Counted from the stretch's first letter, positions 17,305 to 26,813 are shown. The stretch is DNA of 64,000 nucleotides from an uncultured Candidatus Saccharibacteria bacterium (GCA_964574355.1 CAZNMD010000003.1:5316-69315), one strand, 5' to 3'. The notes: generated from the sequence alone by a model not told the origin. Numbers and translations: made by a program.

Positions 17305-19287
17305 ATGTCGGCTATAATAGAGATGAATATGGATGGGAACCCTATTTGTTATTTTGCTGAAACAGATGCGCGTAATAAGCGTGTAAAGTTTGGCATAAAA
17401 GAAAGAGATCGTACACGCCATATGTACGTCATTGGAAAGACGGGTATGGGTAAATCAACCTTGCTTGAAAATATGGCAATTCAAGATATGCAGCGAGGTG
17501 ATGGTATTGCGTTTATTGATCCTCACGGAAAAACAGCAGACCTTCTTTTAGAGTATGTTCCTGAATCGCGCATTAAAGATGTTTTGTATTTTGCACCGTT
17601 TGATCTTGAGTACCCCATTTCTTTTAATGTGATGGAAGATGTCGGTATGGATAAGCGGCACTTGGTGGTTTCTGGTCTCATGAGTGCGTTTAAGAAAATT
17701 TGGCTCGATGCGTGGTCTGCCCGTATGGAGTACATATTGAGTAATATTCTTTTGGCACTTCTTGAATATCCTGGTTCAACAATTCTTGGAGTGAATCGTA
17801 TGCTTGCTGATAAGGATTATCGCAAGAAGGTTGTTGAAAACGTGAAGGATGTATCAGTTCGAGCATTTTGGCTTGATGAGTTTGCAAAGTATGGTGATCG
17901 ATATATGCAAGAGGCGGGAGCAGCAATTCAAAATAAAGTTGGTCAATTTGTAAGTAATCCGCTGATTCGTAATATTATCGGTCAGCCACAATCAACATTT
18001 GATTTACGAGCAATGATGGATCAGAGAAAGATTATCATTGTGAATCTTTCAAAAGGTCGGGTTGGTGAACAGAACGCAAATCTTTTGGGTAGTATGTTTG
18101 TGACCAAGTTGTATCTTGCGGCAATGTCTCGTGCTGATTTAAGTGATGCTGCACTTGCTCGTTCGCCAAATTTTAATTTGTATGTGGATGAGTTTCAATC
18201 GTTTGCTAATGAGTCCTTTGCAAACATTCTTTCTGAGGCTCGCAAATATCGTCTTTCTTTAACGATTGCCCATCAATACATTGAACAAATGTCGGAAGAA
18301 GTTCGAGCGGCGGTATTTGGAAACGTGGGGACGATGGTTGTGTTTCGTGTGGGTGCATATGATGCTGAAATTCTTGAGAAGGAATATGCTCCACGATTTA
18401 CTGCTGAAGATATTGTAAATCTTGGTTTCGCTCAGATTTATTTGAAACTCATGATTGATGGTGTTACTTCGCCGCCATTTTCTGCAACAACATTGCCGCC
18501 ACTTGAAAAGGCGCCGGTTTCTTTTCGCGATGATGTTATTGAATGGACAAGACGAACCTATGCAAGAAATCGTGCAGAGGTTGAAGTTGATATTCGTACC
18601 TGGAGTGAAAATGAGCGACCAGCTGAAGGATCGCATGACGCGAAGCGAAAACCTCAACCGTCCCGTGGAGTTTCTGATAGAGCGCCAGATGCCCGTGTAC
18701 GAACCGCAGAAGTTCGAAGACAGCCTATCCCTCCTCGTGAATATCGTTCGGTTCAAGTCCCTGAACTTTCTGGGAGCGCGGTTTCAAAAGCTACTCCTCC
18801 TGTTGTTGAGAGCCCGGTTGTGGCACCAAATGTGTCATTAACACCTTTACCAAAAATAGAAGGTGGGGAAGGAGGTTTTGTTTCTCTTAAAGATCTTAAG
18901 TCTGGGGCGGTAGTTTCTACATCCGTCTCTCCTCGTGCTCCTAAAATAATTTCAAGAGAAAAACCTGTTATATCTCAACAGCCCTCTGTTCGTGTTGATC
19001 AAGGTTCAAAAAAGGAAACGTTGGTTGGTGCTCAAGATCAAAAATCGGTTCTTCGAGACGCTCTTGCATCAGTATTGAAGAATAACGCTCCAATAGATCA
19101 TCAGCATCAACCATCAGGACATGTTCAAAAAAATCAATCTGTACATTCAACAACCTCGGGTCATCATCGGCCACATCCTCCCCAGGTTAGTTCTTCTGGA
19201 GAAGTGCATGAAACTAAGTCAAAGGCAGGAGAAGTTTCTGTTGATGAAGTAAGGCGTATTTTAGATATTCCTCGACCAAAAGAATGA
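17305..19287 (+). CDS. Soluble FtsK/TraD/VirD4-like (type-IV-coupling-protein-like) P-loop ATPase with a C-terminal low-complexity tail of about 250 aa.
   Basis: Walker A VIGKTGMGKST. Walker B NLYVDEFQSF. …RKYRLSLTIAHQYIEQM… resembles the TrwB_AAD_bind / TraG-D_C family. There are no N-terminal TM segments. The tail is P/S/V/K/R-rich. Confidence 0.6.
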   Translation: MSAIIEMNMDGNPICYFAETDARNKRVKFGIKERDRTRHMYVIGKTGMGKSTLLENMAIQDMQRGDGIAFIDPHGKTADLLLEYVPESRIKDVLYFAPFDLEYPISFNVMEDVGMDKRHLVVSGLMSAFKKIWLDAWSARMEYILSNILLALLEYPGSTILGVNRMLADKDYRKKVVENVKDVSVRAFWLDEFAKYGDRYMQEAGAAIQNKVGQFVSNPLIRNIIGQPQSTFDLRAMMDQRKIIIVNLSKGRVGEQNANLLGSMFVTKLYLAAMSRADLSDAALARSPNFNLYVDEFQSFANESFANILSEARKYRLSLTIAHQYIEQMSEEVRAAVFGNVGTMVVFRVGAYDAEILEKEYAPRFTAEDIVNLGFAQIYLKLMIDGVTSPPFSATTLPPLEKAPVSFRDDVIEWTRRTYARNRAEVEVDIRTWSENERPAEGSHDAKRKPQPSRGVSDRAPDARVRTAEVRRQPIPPREYRSVQVPELSGSAVSKATPPVVESPVVAPNVSLTPLPKIEGGEGGFVSLKDLKSGAVVSTSVSPRAPKIISREKPVISQQPSVRVDQGSKKETLVGAQDQKSVLRDALASVLKNNAPIDHQHQPSGHVQKNQSVHSTTSGHHRPHPPQVSSSGEVHETKSKAGEVSVDEVRRILDIPRPKE

Positions 19288-20738
19288 TAAAAATTTTGTT
19301 TATAACTACATTCGTTATATATGCGTTTACGCAAAACGCATATGCCCAGGTAGTGATAAACGAGATTATGTATGATGTTGCGGGAGGTGACGATGGCCAC
19401 GAATGGATTGAGGTAAAAAATACAGGTACTACGGCTATCGATCTTTCCTTGTATCGCTTTTTTGAGGCGGGAGTACATCATAAACTTAGTGCTGTTTTAG
19501 GTACGACTCTTTCTTCTGGCGGGTATGCAGTTATTGCTGATGATGCAGTAAAATTTCAAATTGATTTTCCTTCTTTTTCCGGAGTTCTTTATGACAGTTC
19601 ATTTTCTCTTTCAAATGTGGGGGAAACACTTTCTATAAAGCTTGACGATAGTGTTATTGATTCTGTGAGTTATGTTCCGAGTGAGTTAGCTAATGGTACT
19701 GGTGCCACACTTCAGAAGGTTGGATCGTCTTTTGTTTCGCTTGCTGCTACTCCTGGAGCTTCATCTGATGCAGGGAATCCTGTTGTGAATGAACCACCTG
19801 GGACCGAAGATCCAAATACTCCAAGTAATCAATCTTCACAAAATTCATCGAGTGGAAGTGGAGGAACAGTAGCTGATCCTGATCCGACTCGAATTGTTCC
19901 AGATGCGGGGGCGGATCAAACTGTGATTGCGGGCGCGCCTGTCCTTATGTCTGGTAAAGCCAGTATTGGAGGAAAACCAGTTTCTGATACAGCACGCTTT
20001 TTGTGGAATTTCGGAGACGGCGCCACGTTTATTGGCCGTACCACAAATCATGTGTATCGATCGCCTGGACGATATGTGGTCTCGCTTTCTGTGTCTTCTG
20101 GTGAAACGAGTGCTACCGATATGCTTACCATCACTGTTGTTGAATCGCCAATATCGATTGCGTCAACGGTTCCTGGTCCGGAGGGGTATGTCTCCTTATT
20201 CAATGCCTCGAAAGGTGTTGTTGATATTTCAACATGGTATCTTCAGGTTAAAGAACAGATATTTGTTTTTCCTCCCGGTACGTTTATTGCTGGTTCATCG
20301 GTTGTGCGTTTTGATGCGGCTATAACCAGGCTTTCTTTCGCTTCACCTCAAGAAGTGTTTTTGCGTTTTCCAAATGGAAAAGAGGCTTCTGTTGGTATAC
20401 AGGATGTTGTTACCCCAAAAGCTGCTGTTTCTGTTCAGGCGACCCCAAAACCTCACGTTGATCAATCAAAAATGACAACAGCTCCTGAAAAGGGTCTTTC
20501 AAAGAGCCTTGTTGTGGAAGCTGTTCCAGAAACACGCAAAGAAGAGGATGTTACAGATAAACTTTTACAAGGGGCATTAGTGGAAGAAACGATTGATCAG
20601 GGTCAAACACAAAAGAGTGGGATGTTTTGGTGGTATGGTGCACTTGTACTGGTTTTGGCTCTTGGCACGGTCGGAGTGATTTTGATTGAGAAAAAGAAGC
20701 CAGTGGACGAGTTTGAGATAATTGAGGCAGACGAGTAG
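19284..20738 (+). CDS. Secreted lamin-tail-domain (LTD)–PKD–LTD-like protein with a C-terminal TM anchor.
   Basis: Signal peptide MIKILFITTFVIYAFTQNAYA. LTD motif VVINEIMYDVAGGDDGHEWIEVKNTGTTAIDLS. PKD motif FLWNFGDGATF…HVYRSPGRY. C-terminal TM WWYGALVLVLALGTVGVILI. Its start overlaps the upstream stop (ATGA). Confidence 0.65.
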   Translation: MIKILFITTFVIYAFTQNAYAQVVINEIMYDVAGGDDGHEWIEVKNTGTTAIDLSLYRFFEAGVHHKLSAVLGTTLSSGGYAVIADDAVKFQIDFPSFSGVLYDSSFSLSNVGETLSIKLDDSVIDSVSYVPSELANGTGATLQKVGSSFVSLAATPGASSDAGNPVVNEPPGTEDPNTPSNQSSQNSSSGSGGTVADPDPTRIVPDAGADQTVIAGAPVLMSGKASIGGKPVSDTARFLWNFGDGATFIGRTTNHVYRSPGRYVVSLSVSSGETSATDMLTITVVESPISIASTVPGPEGYVSLFNASKGVVDISTWYLQVKEQIFVFPPGTFIAGSSVVRFDAAITRLSFASPQEVFLRFPNGKEASVGIQDVVTPKAAVSVQATPKPHVDQSKMTTAPEKGLSKSLVVEAVPETRKEEDVTDKLLQGALVEETIDQGQTQKSGMFWWYGALVLVLALGTVGVILIEKKKPVDEFEIIEADE

Positions 20739-20747
20739 TATAAGGGG

Positions 20748-21887
20748 ATGGTACCAAAACGCATTCTTATATTTTCATATGCATACGCACCTCTTGTTGG
20801 AGGGGCAGAAGTTGCAGTTCGTGAAATTACTGATCGTATTTCATCAAGCGAAATTGAATTCGATATGGTCACTGCGCGACCAAAAAATACAGTACCTGTT
20901 GAGAAAATAGGTAACGTCACCGTATATCGTGTTGGTGGTATTGGCGGGTTATGGAAATTTTTATTTCCGTATATTGCTTTTAGGAAAGCAAAAAAACTTC
21001 ATCAGAAGAAACCGTATCAAGGGGTGTGGTCTATTATGGCAGCCTATGCTGGTTTTGCTACAAGTTTTTTCAAAAAAAGATTCCCAGATGTTCCTTTTAT
21101 ATTAACGCTTCAAGAGGGGGATCCTCCAGAATACATTAGGCGAAAGGTTCGATTTGTTCGTCCGTTGTTTCGTACTATTTTTAAACGAGCTGACAAAATT
21201 CAGGCTATTTCTTCGTATCTTGGAATATTTGCAAAAGAAGAAGGTGCTAAAGTTGTACCTAGTGTGATTGGTAATGGTGTTGATGTTTCTTTATTTTCTA
21301 AAAAAATTACAGTGAGTGAGCGTCAGGCACTTCGTCGACCGTATGGTATTGATGATAACGATATTGTGCTTTTTACGGCATCTCGGCTAGTTACCAAAAA
21401 TGCGGTTGATGTGATTATGAGATCTCTCGTTTTACTTTCGCCTACCGTGAAGCTTGTTATCGCTGGTGATGGTCCCGAACGTCTGCGGCTTGAATCTTTG
21501 GCAAAAGAGCAGGGAGTTGCTAATCGAGTTTGTTTTTTGGGAACAGTTTCTTATGCCGAGTTGCCTCGATGGTATCAGGCAGCTGATATCGTTACTCGTC
21601 CGAGCCGATCTGAAGGATTTGGAAATGTTTTTGCAGAAGCGATGGCGGCAGGTGTTCCAGTGATTGCCACGTCAGTTGGAGGAATTCCCGATATTGTTAT
21701 AGATGGAAATACAGGCCTTGTTTGTCAGGTTGATGATCCAAAAGATTTGGCTCACAAGATTGAGACGCTCATCGCGGATCAATCCTTAAGACAACGTCTC
21801 GTTCAAAACGGTCTTATCCTTGTTGGAGAAAAATATGATTGGGAGGTCATTGCCCAAAGGATGAAAAAAGAAGTCTTCGGGGTGTAG
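20748..21887 (+). CDS. Glycosyltransferase family 4 (GT-B).
   Basis: …SRSEGFGNVFAEAMAAGVPVIATSVGGIPDIV…. Confidence 0.8.
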   Translation: MVPKRILIFSYAYAPLVGGAEVAVREITDRISSSEIEFDMVTARPKNTVPVEKIGNVTVYRVGGIGGLWKFLFPYIAFRKAKKLHQKKPYQGVWSIMAAYAGFATSFFKKRFPDVPFILTLQEGDPPEYIRRKVRFVRPLFRTIFKRADKIQAISSYLGIFAKEEGAKVVPSVIGNGVDVSLFSKKITVSERQALRRPYGIDDNDIVLFTASRLVTKNAVDVIMRSLVLLSPTVKLVIAGDGPERLRLESLAKEQGVANRVCFLGTVSYAELPRWYQAADIVTRPSRSEGFGNVFAEAMAAGVPVIATSVGGIPDIVIDGNTGLVCQVDDPKDLAHKIETLIADQSLRQRLVQNGLILVGEKYDWEVIAQRMKKEVFGV

Positions 21888-21906
21888 TAGTGGTGACAAT
21901 GAGTTA

Positions 21907-21935
21907 TTGACATAGCATTTTTTACATGCTATTAT
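21907..21935 (+). promoter_or_regulatory. Near-consensus sigma-70 promoter TTGACA-N17-TATTAT for the GC-rich 'island C'.
   Basis: Read directly. Confidence 0.5.
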
Positions 21936-22025
21936 TCAAACCAGATAGTTTTCGTTTTGCTGTTTGAAACCTCAACAAAGTCACGTCCTAAAAGGTTGTG
22001 GCGCAATGAAGAAAGGTCGGTAATC

Positions 22026-22664
22026 ATGAGTGAGACAATGACAGAGGCTGAAATTCGGGCGATGTTGCAGACCGAGTTCGATCAGGTCTTTGTAAGGCCA
22101 CCGAGTAGTTTGCCGTTTTTCCCGCATGTGGTCGTGTTTTTGTCGGCGCCTCAGGATGTTACTCGCCCTACAGAAGACGACGCTCACGAAATGAGTGCCG
22201 AGAATCTTGTCCGGGCCATGTACTCGGTGTTGCTGCTCGAATCCGAAGGTGGCAGTAACTCCACCATCCTTTTGAATGGTGAGACTGAGCAGTTGCCGGC
22301 AATGAAGCGTCTCGTTGAAGGTTTCGGTTGCAGACAGTACTTGCCTATCAATTCCGGCGATCGTGGTAAGAGCCACACGGGAACTCAGTTCGTTCAGTTG
22401 GCCAACTGGCTTCGAGAGCAACCTTTCAATTCCACGGTTGGAATTGTTTTGGTGACCAGTCAGTACCACGTGCCTCGGGTCCGCCGGTATGCTGCCAAGC
22501 ATATCTCTCGTGGGGATTACAAATGGCAGGTTGTCGGCGTGCCGAACGATGTCGGTCTCTATGATCGAGAGAAAAAGGTTGCCGGCGAAATCGACCGGAT
22601 CATCAAGTACTCGAAGGATGGAACTTTCGACCTCTTCCCGGACCTCGGTGAAGGGAATTCGTAA
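22026..22664 (+). CDS. DUF218 / YdcF-ElyC-SanA-like protein. It is the G+C-rich 'island C'.
   Basis: …LLNGETEQLPAMKRLVEGFG…INSGDRGKSHTGTQFVQLANWL…VGIVLVTSQYHVPRVRRY… matches the DUF218 pattern (E…S.nT.eNA…VTS.yHm.RA). The ORF extends to 21957, but the ATG at 22026 (MSETM…) is preferred. Confidence 0.45.
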   Translation: MSETMTEAEIRAMLQTEFDQVFVRPPSSLPFFPHVVVFLSAPQDVTRPTEDDAHEMSAENLVRAMYSVLLLESEGGSNSTILLNGETEQLPAMKRLVEGFGCRQYLPINSGDRGKSHTGTQFVQLANWLREQPFNSTVGIVLVTSQYHVPRVRRYAAKHISRGDYKWQVVGVPNDVGLYDREKKVAGEIDRIIKYSKDGTFDLFPDLGEGNS

Positions 22665-22687
22665 CGTGTCCTTCAATTAGAAATCGA

Positions 22688-22734
22688 ACAGCTCGCGTGT
22701 ATGCCAAATGTGGTGTACCGCGAGCTGTTTTTTT
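22688..22734 (+). terminator. Terminator located between convergent genes.
   Basis: ACAGCTCGCG…CGCGAGCTGT 10-bp stem followed by TTTTTTTATTTTTTT. Confidence 0.6.
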
Positions 22735-23782
22735 ATTTTTTTAAATATCGAAGTGTGCGGGCGATTGTATCGCGTATGCCACTTACTATTATTTTGAACC
22801 GATACAGCTCATTCGCTCCGTCTATAGTATAGCGAGGTAAACAAAAAAGATTTTTCGTATGCTCTGCTGTTCCGGGGATGGTTGTTAACGCAGCCTCATA
22901 TGTATTTTCTTTGAGAATGCGATAGGTGGTTGGGGTGAAATCATTACTTCCGCCGTTTGGATAGGCAAAAATACGTAAAGGGTTTTTTGTGTTTCGTTTT
23001 ACCGTTGCTGTTGAGTTTTGTATTTCCTTTCTAGCTTCTTCTTCTGATAGGTTTGATAGCACAGGATGAGAAACTGTGTGCGCCGCAAAAGTCATGCCGT
23101 TTGTCTCCATTTCTTGTATGTCTGGCCAGCTCATCGGTTCGTAGCCACTTCCTATAAGATTATCTGCCAGATTTTTTCCTGTTTTTCTAATCAGTTCATC
23201 AATAATCATGTCGACTTGTTGTGGAGGTAGCCTTTTAATTTTTGAACGTATTGTTTTATCTGCCTCTAGACGATTTTTTATTGTGTCGAGGGTAAAATGT
23301 TCTTTTCCTCCTTTTTGTTCCAAGGTGATATTTTTTTGTTCGGTTGTATTGATGGCATACTCGATTTGATCAACAGGAAGGGGAATATTCTTTTCAATAA
23401 AGTTAGTTGTTATAAAAAAAGTCGCAGGAACATTTTCTTTTTTAAGAATGGGGTAAGCTTCAGTAAAGTTGTTTTTATATCCGTCATCAAAGGTAATTGC
23501 GACCAAAGATCGAGAGAAAGGTTTTTTTGTGGCAACTGTTTCTACGAGTTCAGTAAGAGAAACAACGTCAAAGTTTTTTTTGAGATATATGAGGTGTTGC
23601 TCAAAAGCGCTTGGTGAAATGAATTTTTTTCTATAGTTAAAAATGCCACTTCCTTTTTGTGAGCTGACCCCGTGATATAAAAGAATAATCGCTTGTGGTT
23701 TTTTGAGTGATAGAATAAGGCGTGGGAGCCCTATAAAATCAATTATTCTCATGGCGATTGATATAAGTAATTTTGTGGACAT
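22733..23782 (-). CDS. Polysaccharide deacetylase (NodB homology / CE4) with an N-terminal TM helix.
   Basis: …LVAITFDDGYKNNFTEAYPILKKENVPATFFITTNFIE…. Confidence 0.8.
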   Translation of the reverse strand: MSTKLLISIAMRIIDFIGLPRLILSLKKPQAIILLYHGVSSQKGSGIFNYRKKFISPSAFEQHLIYLKKNFDVVSLTELVETVATKKPFSRSLVAITFDDGYKNNFTEAYPILKKENVPATFFITTNFIEKNIPLPVDQIEYAINTTEQKNITLEQKGGKEHFTLDTIKNRLEADKTIRSKIKRLPPQQVDMIIDELIRKTGKNLADNLIGSGYEPMSWPDIQEMETNGMTFAAHTVSHPVLSNLSEEEARKEIQNSTATVKRNTKNPLRIFAYPNGGSNDFTPTTYRILKENTYEAALTTIPGTAEHTKNLFCLPRYTIDGANELYRFKIIVSGIRDTIARTLRYLKK

Positions 23783-23873
23783 GAGTTAGTGGGTGAGTCC
23801 TTCTCTCTCGGTGGGTTCTATTATAGGATGAGAATTCTTAAAAAAGAATTGTTTGATGGTTCGTGGTTAACGT

Positions 23874-25610
23874 ATGCAACAGAATATACAAAAACGTGCA
23901 CCGGTGTTGGTTCTGGGAGATAGTATGCGAAGTACGCTCGCGGTTGTTCGATCGTTGGGGCGACGGGGTATTTCTGTGCATCTTGGTGTGTCTTACGTAA
24001 CCCTTTCTGTTACACGTTCCAAGTATGTGAGGCGTGTCATTGTATTACCCTCGGAGAAACACCACCGTTCTGCCTGGCTTCAGACGCTCCTTAAGATTGT
24101 CGAGGAGACGTCATACTCGCTCTTGATTCCGACGACTGAAGGGGTTGCGCTTCCGGTGATTGAAGACCAAAAAGTCATTGAGCCTTTTGTTCGCCTTGCC
24201 GTCCCTTCCTTTTCTTTGTTTGAAGAGACGTTTGATAAAAGAAAAACGGTCGAACTTGCAAAGGCTTCTAATGTCCCTTTTCCAAAAACAGCAATCATAG
24301 AAACAGAACAGATGTTGGAAGAAATTCTAGGAAAGGCAACATTTCCCCTTGTTATTAAACCAGCATTTTCAAAGAAAACGACCAAAGAAAACCAGGTTGG
24401 GCTGAGTGTGAGCGTTGCGAAAACGAAAGAGGAGGCTCGTGAACTGGCTTTGGTTCGATTACGTCAGGTGCCGGTTCTTTTTCAGGAGTATGTTGCAGGG
24501 GTTGGTGTTGGGCAAGAATTTTTGTGTGACAATGGAAAAATTCTTCTTTCATTTCAACATGAGCGAGTCCGAGAACAGTCAGGAAGTGGGGGAAGTACAT
24601 ATCGGGTGAGTGCTTCACTTCATCCAGGCATGCTAGAAGCGTCAAAGAAAATGCTTGAAAAGATTAACTGGACGGGGGTTGTTATGGTTGAGTATCGTTG
24701 GAATAAAGATACTGATTCTTTTTTTCTTATAGAGATTAATGGGAGGTTGTGGGGTTCGTTGCCGCTTCCAGTCGCTCTTTCGGTTGATTTTCCGTATGCC
24801 ATGTATTCTTTTTTTGTCGAAGGGAAAAAAGATTTTTCGGGAACGTATAAAACAGGAGTGTATGGGCGTGATGTTTTTTCCGATGTTCGTCTTTTGTTAA
24901 GGTTGTCACGTTCTTTGGGAGTCATGTTTTTGATGAAGGAATTTTTTGTTGCTTTTAGTCGGATTATGATGGGGCGCGAACGGTGGGATATGGTTGCTTT
25001 TGACGATATGTATCCTGCACTTAAAGAGACTATGCGAGTTGCTAAAAAAGAGTTTGAACAATTGAGTCGTGCTGTAGGTGTTGTGGTACGAAACAAGGTA
25101 CGTCGTTTATCGGTTACCAAGCGATTAAAAACCGAGTGTATTAATTCTCTTGCTGAGGCAAAAAATATTTTGTTTGTGTGTTATGGGAACGTTAACCGTA
25201 GTGTTTTCGCTGAGCAGTATACCCGAAGTATTCTTTCCGAAAAACAAAAAGAATTTTTTACAGTACGGTCGGCAGGAACAATTTCAAAAGAGGGCAGAGA
25301 GGCCTCTTTTGAGGCACAAGAAATCGCGAAAAAATATGGTGTGTCGCTCGATACACACCGTTCTGTTTCGGTTTCCCCAAAGATTATTGATGAAGCTGAT
25401 CTTATTTTTTATGTTGATACGAAAACTCGTAATGAATTGTTGAGTCGTTTTTCTGGAGCGGCAAAAAAAATGTATCCATTAAGTTTTCTTGCCAGTGACG
25501 TGCCGGAAGAAATTGATGATCCTTATGGTAAGGATAGTGATTACTTTAGAAGGGTATTTGATTATATAAAGAAGAGCGTTGATGCTTTGTATGTACATAT
25601 GAAGCCGTGA
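23874..25610 (+). CDS. Fusion protein: an N-terminal ATP-grasp ligase domain (about 420 aa) joined to a C-terminal low-molecular-weight protein-tyrosine-phosphatase domain.
   Basis: ATP-grasp end motif …FLIEINGRLWGS…. LMW-PTP P-loop ILFVCYGNVNRSVFAEQY (C-x5-R-S) and a DPYG general-acid motif. Confidence 0.7.
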   Translation: MQQNIQKRAPVLVLGDSMRSTLAVVRSLGRRGISVHLGVSYVTLSVTRSKYVRRVIVLPSEKHHRSAWLQTLLKIVEETSYSLLIPTTEGVALPVIEDQKVIEPFVRLAVPSFSLFEETFDKRKTVELAKASNVPFPKTAIIETEQMLEEILGKATFPLVIKPAFSKKTTKENQVGLSVSVAKTKEEARELALVRLRQVPVLFQEYVAGVGVGQEFLCDNGKILLSFQHERVREQSGSGGSTYRVSASLHPGMLEASKKMLEKINWTGVVMVEYRWNKDTDSFFLIEINGRLWGSLPLPVALSVDFPYAMYSFFVEGKKDFSGTYKTGVYGRDVFSDVRLLLRLSRSLGVMFLMKEFFVAFSRIMMGRERWDMVAFDDMYPALKETMRVAKKEFEQLSRAVGVVVRNKVRRLSVTKRLKTECINSLAEAKNILFVCYGNVNRSVFAEQYTRSILSEKQKEFFTVRSAGTISKEGREASFEAQEIAKKYGVSLDTHRSVSVSPKIIDEADLIFYVDTKTRNELLSRFSGAAKKMYPLSFLASDVPEEIDDPYGKDSDYFRRVFDYIKKSVDALYVHMKP

Positions 25611-25675
25611 TTTATTGAGGCGCAGTAAGAAGTTTTTTCTTTAATACATAACCTCTGATTTTTAGTATGATGGGT

Positions 25676-25711
25676 ATATGCGAATTTTGATTGCTACAGG
25701 GATTTATCCGC
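25676..25711 (+). repeat. Direct repeat, copy 1 (36 bp: atATGCGAATTTTGATTGCTACAGGGATTTATCCGC). It duplicates the start of the GT gene at 26816.
   Basis: Perfect 36/36 identity with 26814..26849. Confidence 0.9.
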
Positions 25712-25731
25712 TGGGTCATTTGGTTGCGTAA
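25678..25731 (+). pseudogene. Remnant 5' fragment of the glycosyltransferase gene (MRILIATGIYPLGHLVA*).
   Basis: The first 11 codons are identical to the GT gene at 26816. A stop follows after 17 codons. Confidence 0.45.
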
Positions 25732-25765
25732 ACTAATCAATACTTTCGTAACACTTCTTCCGGTG

Positions 25766-25795
25766 ATTGACATTTATATACATTTTATGCTATAA
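25766..25795 (+). promoter_or_regulatory. Consensus sigma-70 promoter TTGACA-N18-TATAAT for the GC-rich 'island D'.
   Basis: Both hexamers are perfect consensus. Confidence 0.55.
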
Positions 25796-25902
25796 TTAGC
25801 ATAGATTTTGGATAGGTCTAAAGGTCGATTATTTTGCCAAAGGCGAGATAAGGAAACAGACAGAGGATATGTCCGAAACAAAGAAAGGATAGGTTCATTG
25901 AT

Positions 25903-26619
25903 ATGAACGCGTCTGAATTCGGTTGTGGTCACGCTCATCAAGTTGCGATTACAGCAGCGAAAGCTGGCTGGGAGATCGCTGATTTCACAGCTCTTCAACA
26001 AAGTGAAGAACTTTGTCGAGTTGTCCTTGGAGTCATTCGAAACGGTGGTTTACCGACTGGACTCGGTTCTACTGAGGAGCAACTCGTTTCATGGAGAAAC
26101 TTCTACACGAAGTATTTCGGCATCGAATGTGGAGACATTAAAATCCCAACTCGCACTATCGGTTTCGACCGACTCATTGTTGTTCCGCAAGGGATCACAA
26201 TGAACCGGATCGTTGAGGTGGCGCGAAAGCAGATTGAGATTTCTCTCTATGTCGAAGATCTTGATGCAAACGTTCCGACCAACGACCGGGATCCGAAGAG
26301 TGGTGGCTATGCCATTTGGGTTCGCGAACGACAAGAAGCCGATGAGGAACTCAAAAACCTCTCAGCGATCGCACTCGCAGAGAAAAGTGTAAAAGGAATC
26401 ACACTTCTCGAACGCCTCCTTTACGGTTTCAAGTATTTTCTCGAGACCGAAAAGTGTCTCGACGAGACGAACTGGACACTGTGTTCAGGTTCCCGCGGTT
26501 TGGATGGCGATGTGCCGCGCGTGCGTTGGAATCCCGATGCTCGTTGCGTGGGGGTCTATTGGTCGTATCTGCGGGGTGCGCGTGTGTTCCTCCGTTCCCG
26601 TGCAGTTGTTACCTTGTAA
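25903..26619 (+). CDS. Hypothetical 238-aa protein with no recognisable family. It is the G+C-rich 'island D'.
   Basis: GGATAGG RBS 9 nt upstream of the ATG. GC-rich codons. Confidence 0.55.
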   Translation: MNASEFGCGHAHQVAITAAKAGWEIADFTALQQSEELCRVVLGVIRNGGLPTGLGSTEEQLVSWRNFYTKYFGIECGDIKIPTRTIGFDRLIVVPQGITMNRIVEVARKQIEISLYVEDLDANVPTNDRDPKSGGYAIWVRERQEADEELKNLSAIALAEKSVKGITLLERLLYGFKYFLETEKCLDETNWTLCSGSRGLDGDVPRVRWNPDARCVGVYWSYLRGARVFLRSRAVVTL

Positions 26620-26641
26620 CTTCTGCCTTGTTCTCTTCAAA

Positions 26642-26671
26642 CCCCTCGCGATCTGATCGCGAGGGGTTTTT
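26642..26671 (+). terminator. Strong terminator of island D.
   Basis: CCCCTCGCGA-tctga-TCGCGAGGGG followed by TTTTT. Confidence 0.8.
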
Positions 26672-26813
26672 CATGTAAAATAATATCGGTTGTGAAATTG
26701 GTCCATTATAGCGGAATAGTGATTCCTATCGGGGTATACTTATCTATCTTATTTAAGGAAAAAAGTTAGAAAAAGTATTTCGTGAAGCAGCTAGTTTCAT
26801 TGTATAGTAACTG

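Noticed and set aside
16888-17421. 177-aa minus-strand ORF across the GC-rich island and the 5' end of the ATPase gene.
   Set aside because: It starts inside the Walker-A-encoding region of the opposite-strand ATPase gene. It has no RBS. Its composition is low-complexity and implausible for a protein.
21981-22676. 231-aa minus-strand ORF antisense to the DUF218-like gene.
   Set aside because: It sits in the same GC-rich artefact situation. The plus-strand ORF carries the DUF218 motifs and the promoter and terminator are oriented for '+'.
25712-26813. Island D interpreted as a transposon or integrative element.
   Set aside because: No transposase or integrase gene and no terminal inverted repeats were found in the insert. 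Only the 36-bp direct repeat is observed, so the insertion mechanism is unknown and the 'mobile element' label is not supported.
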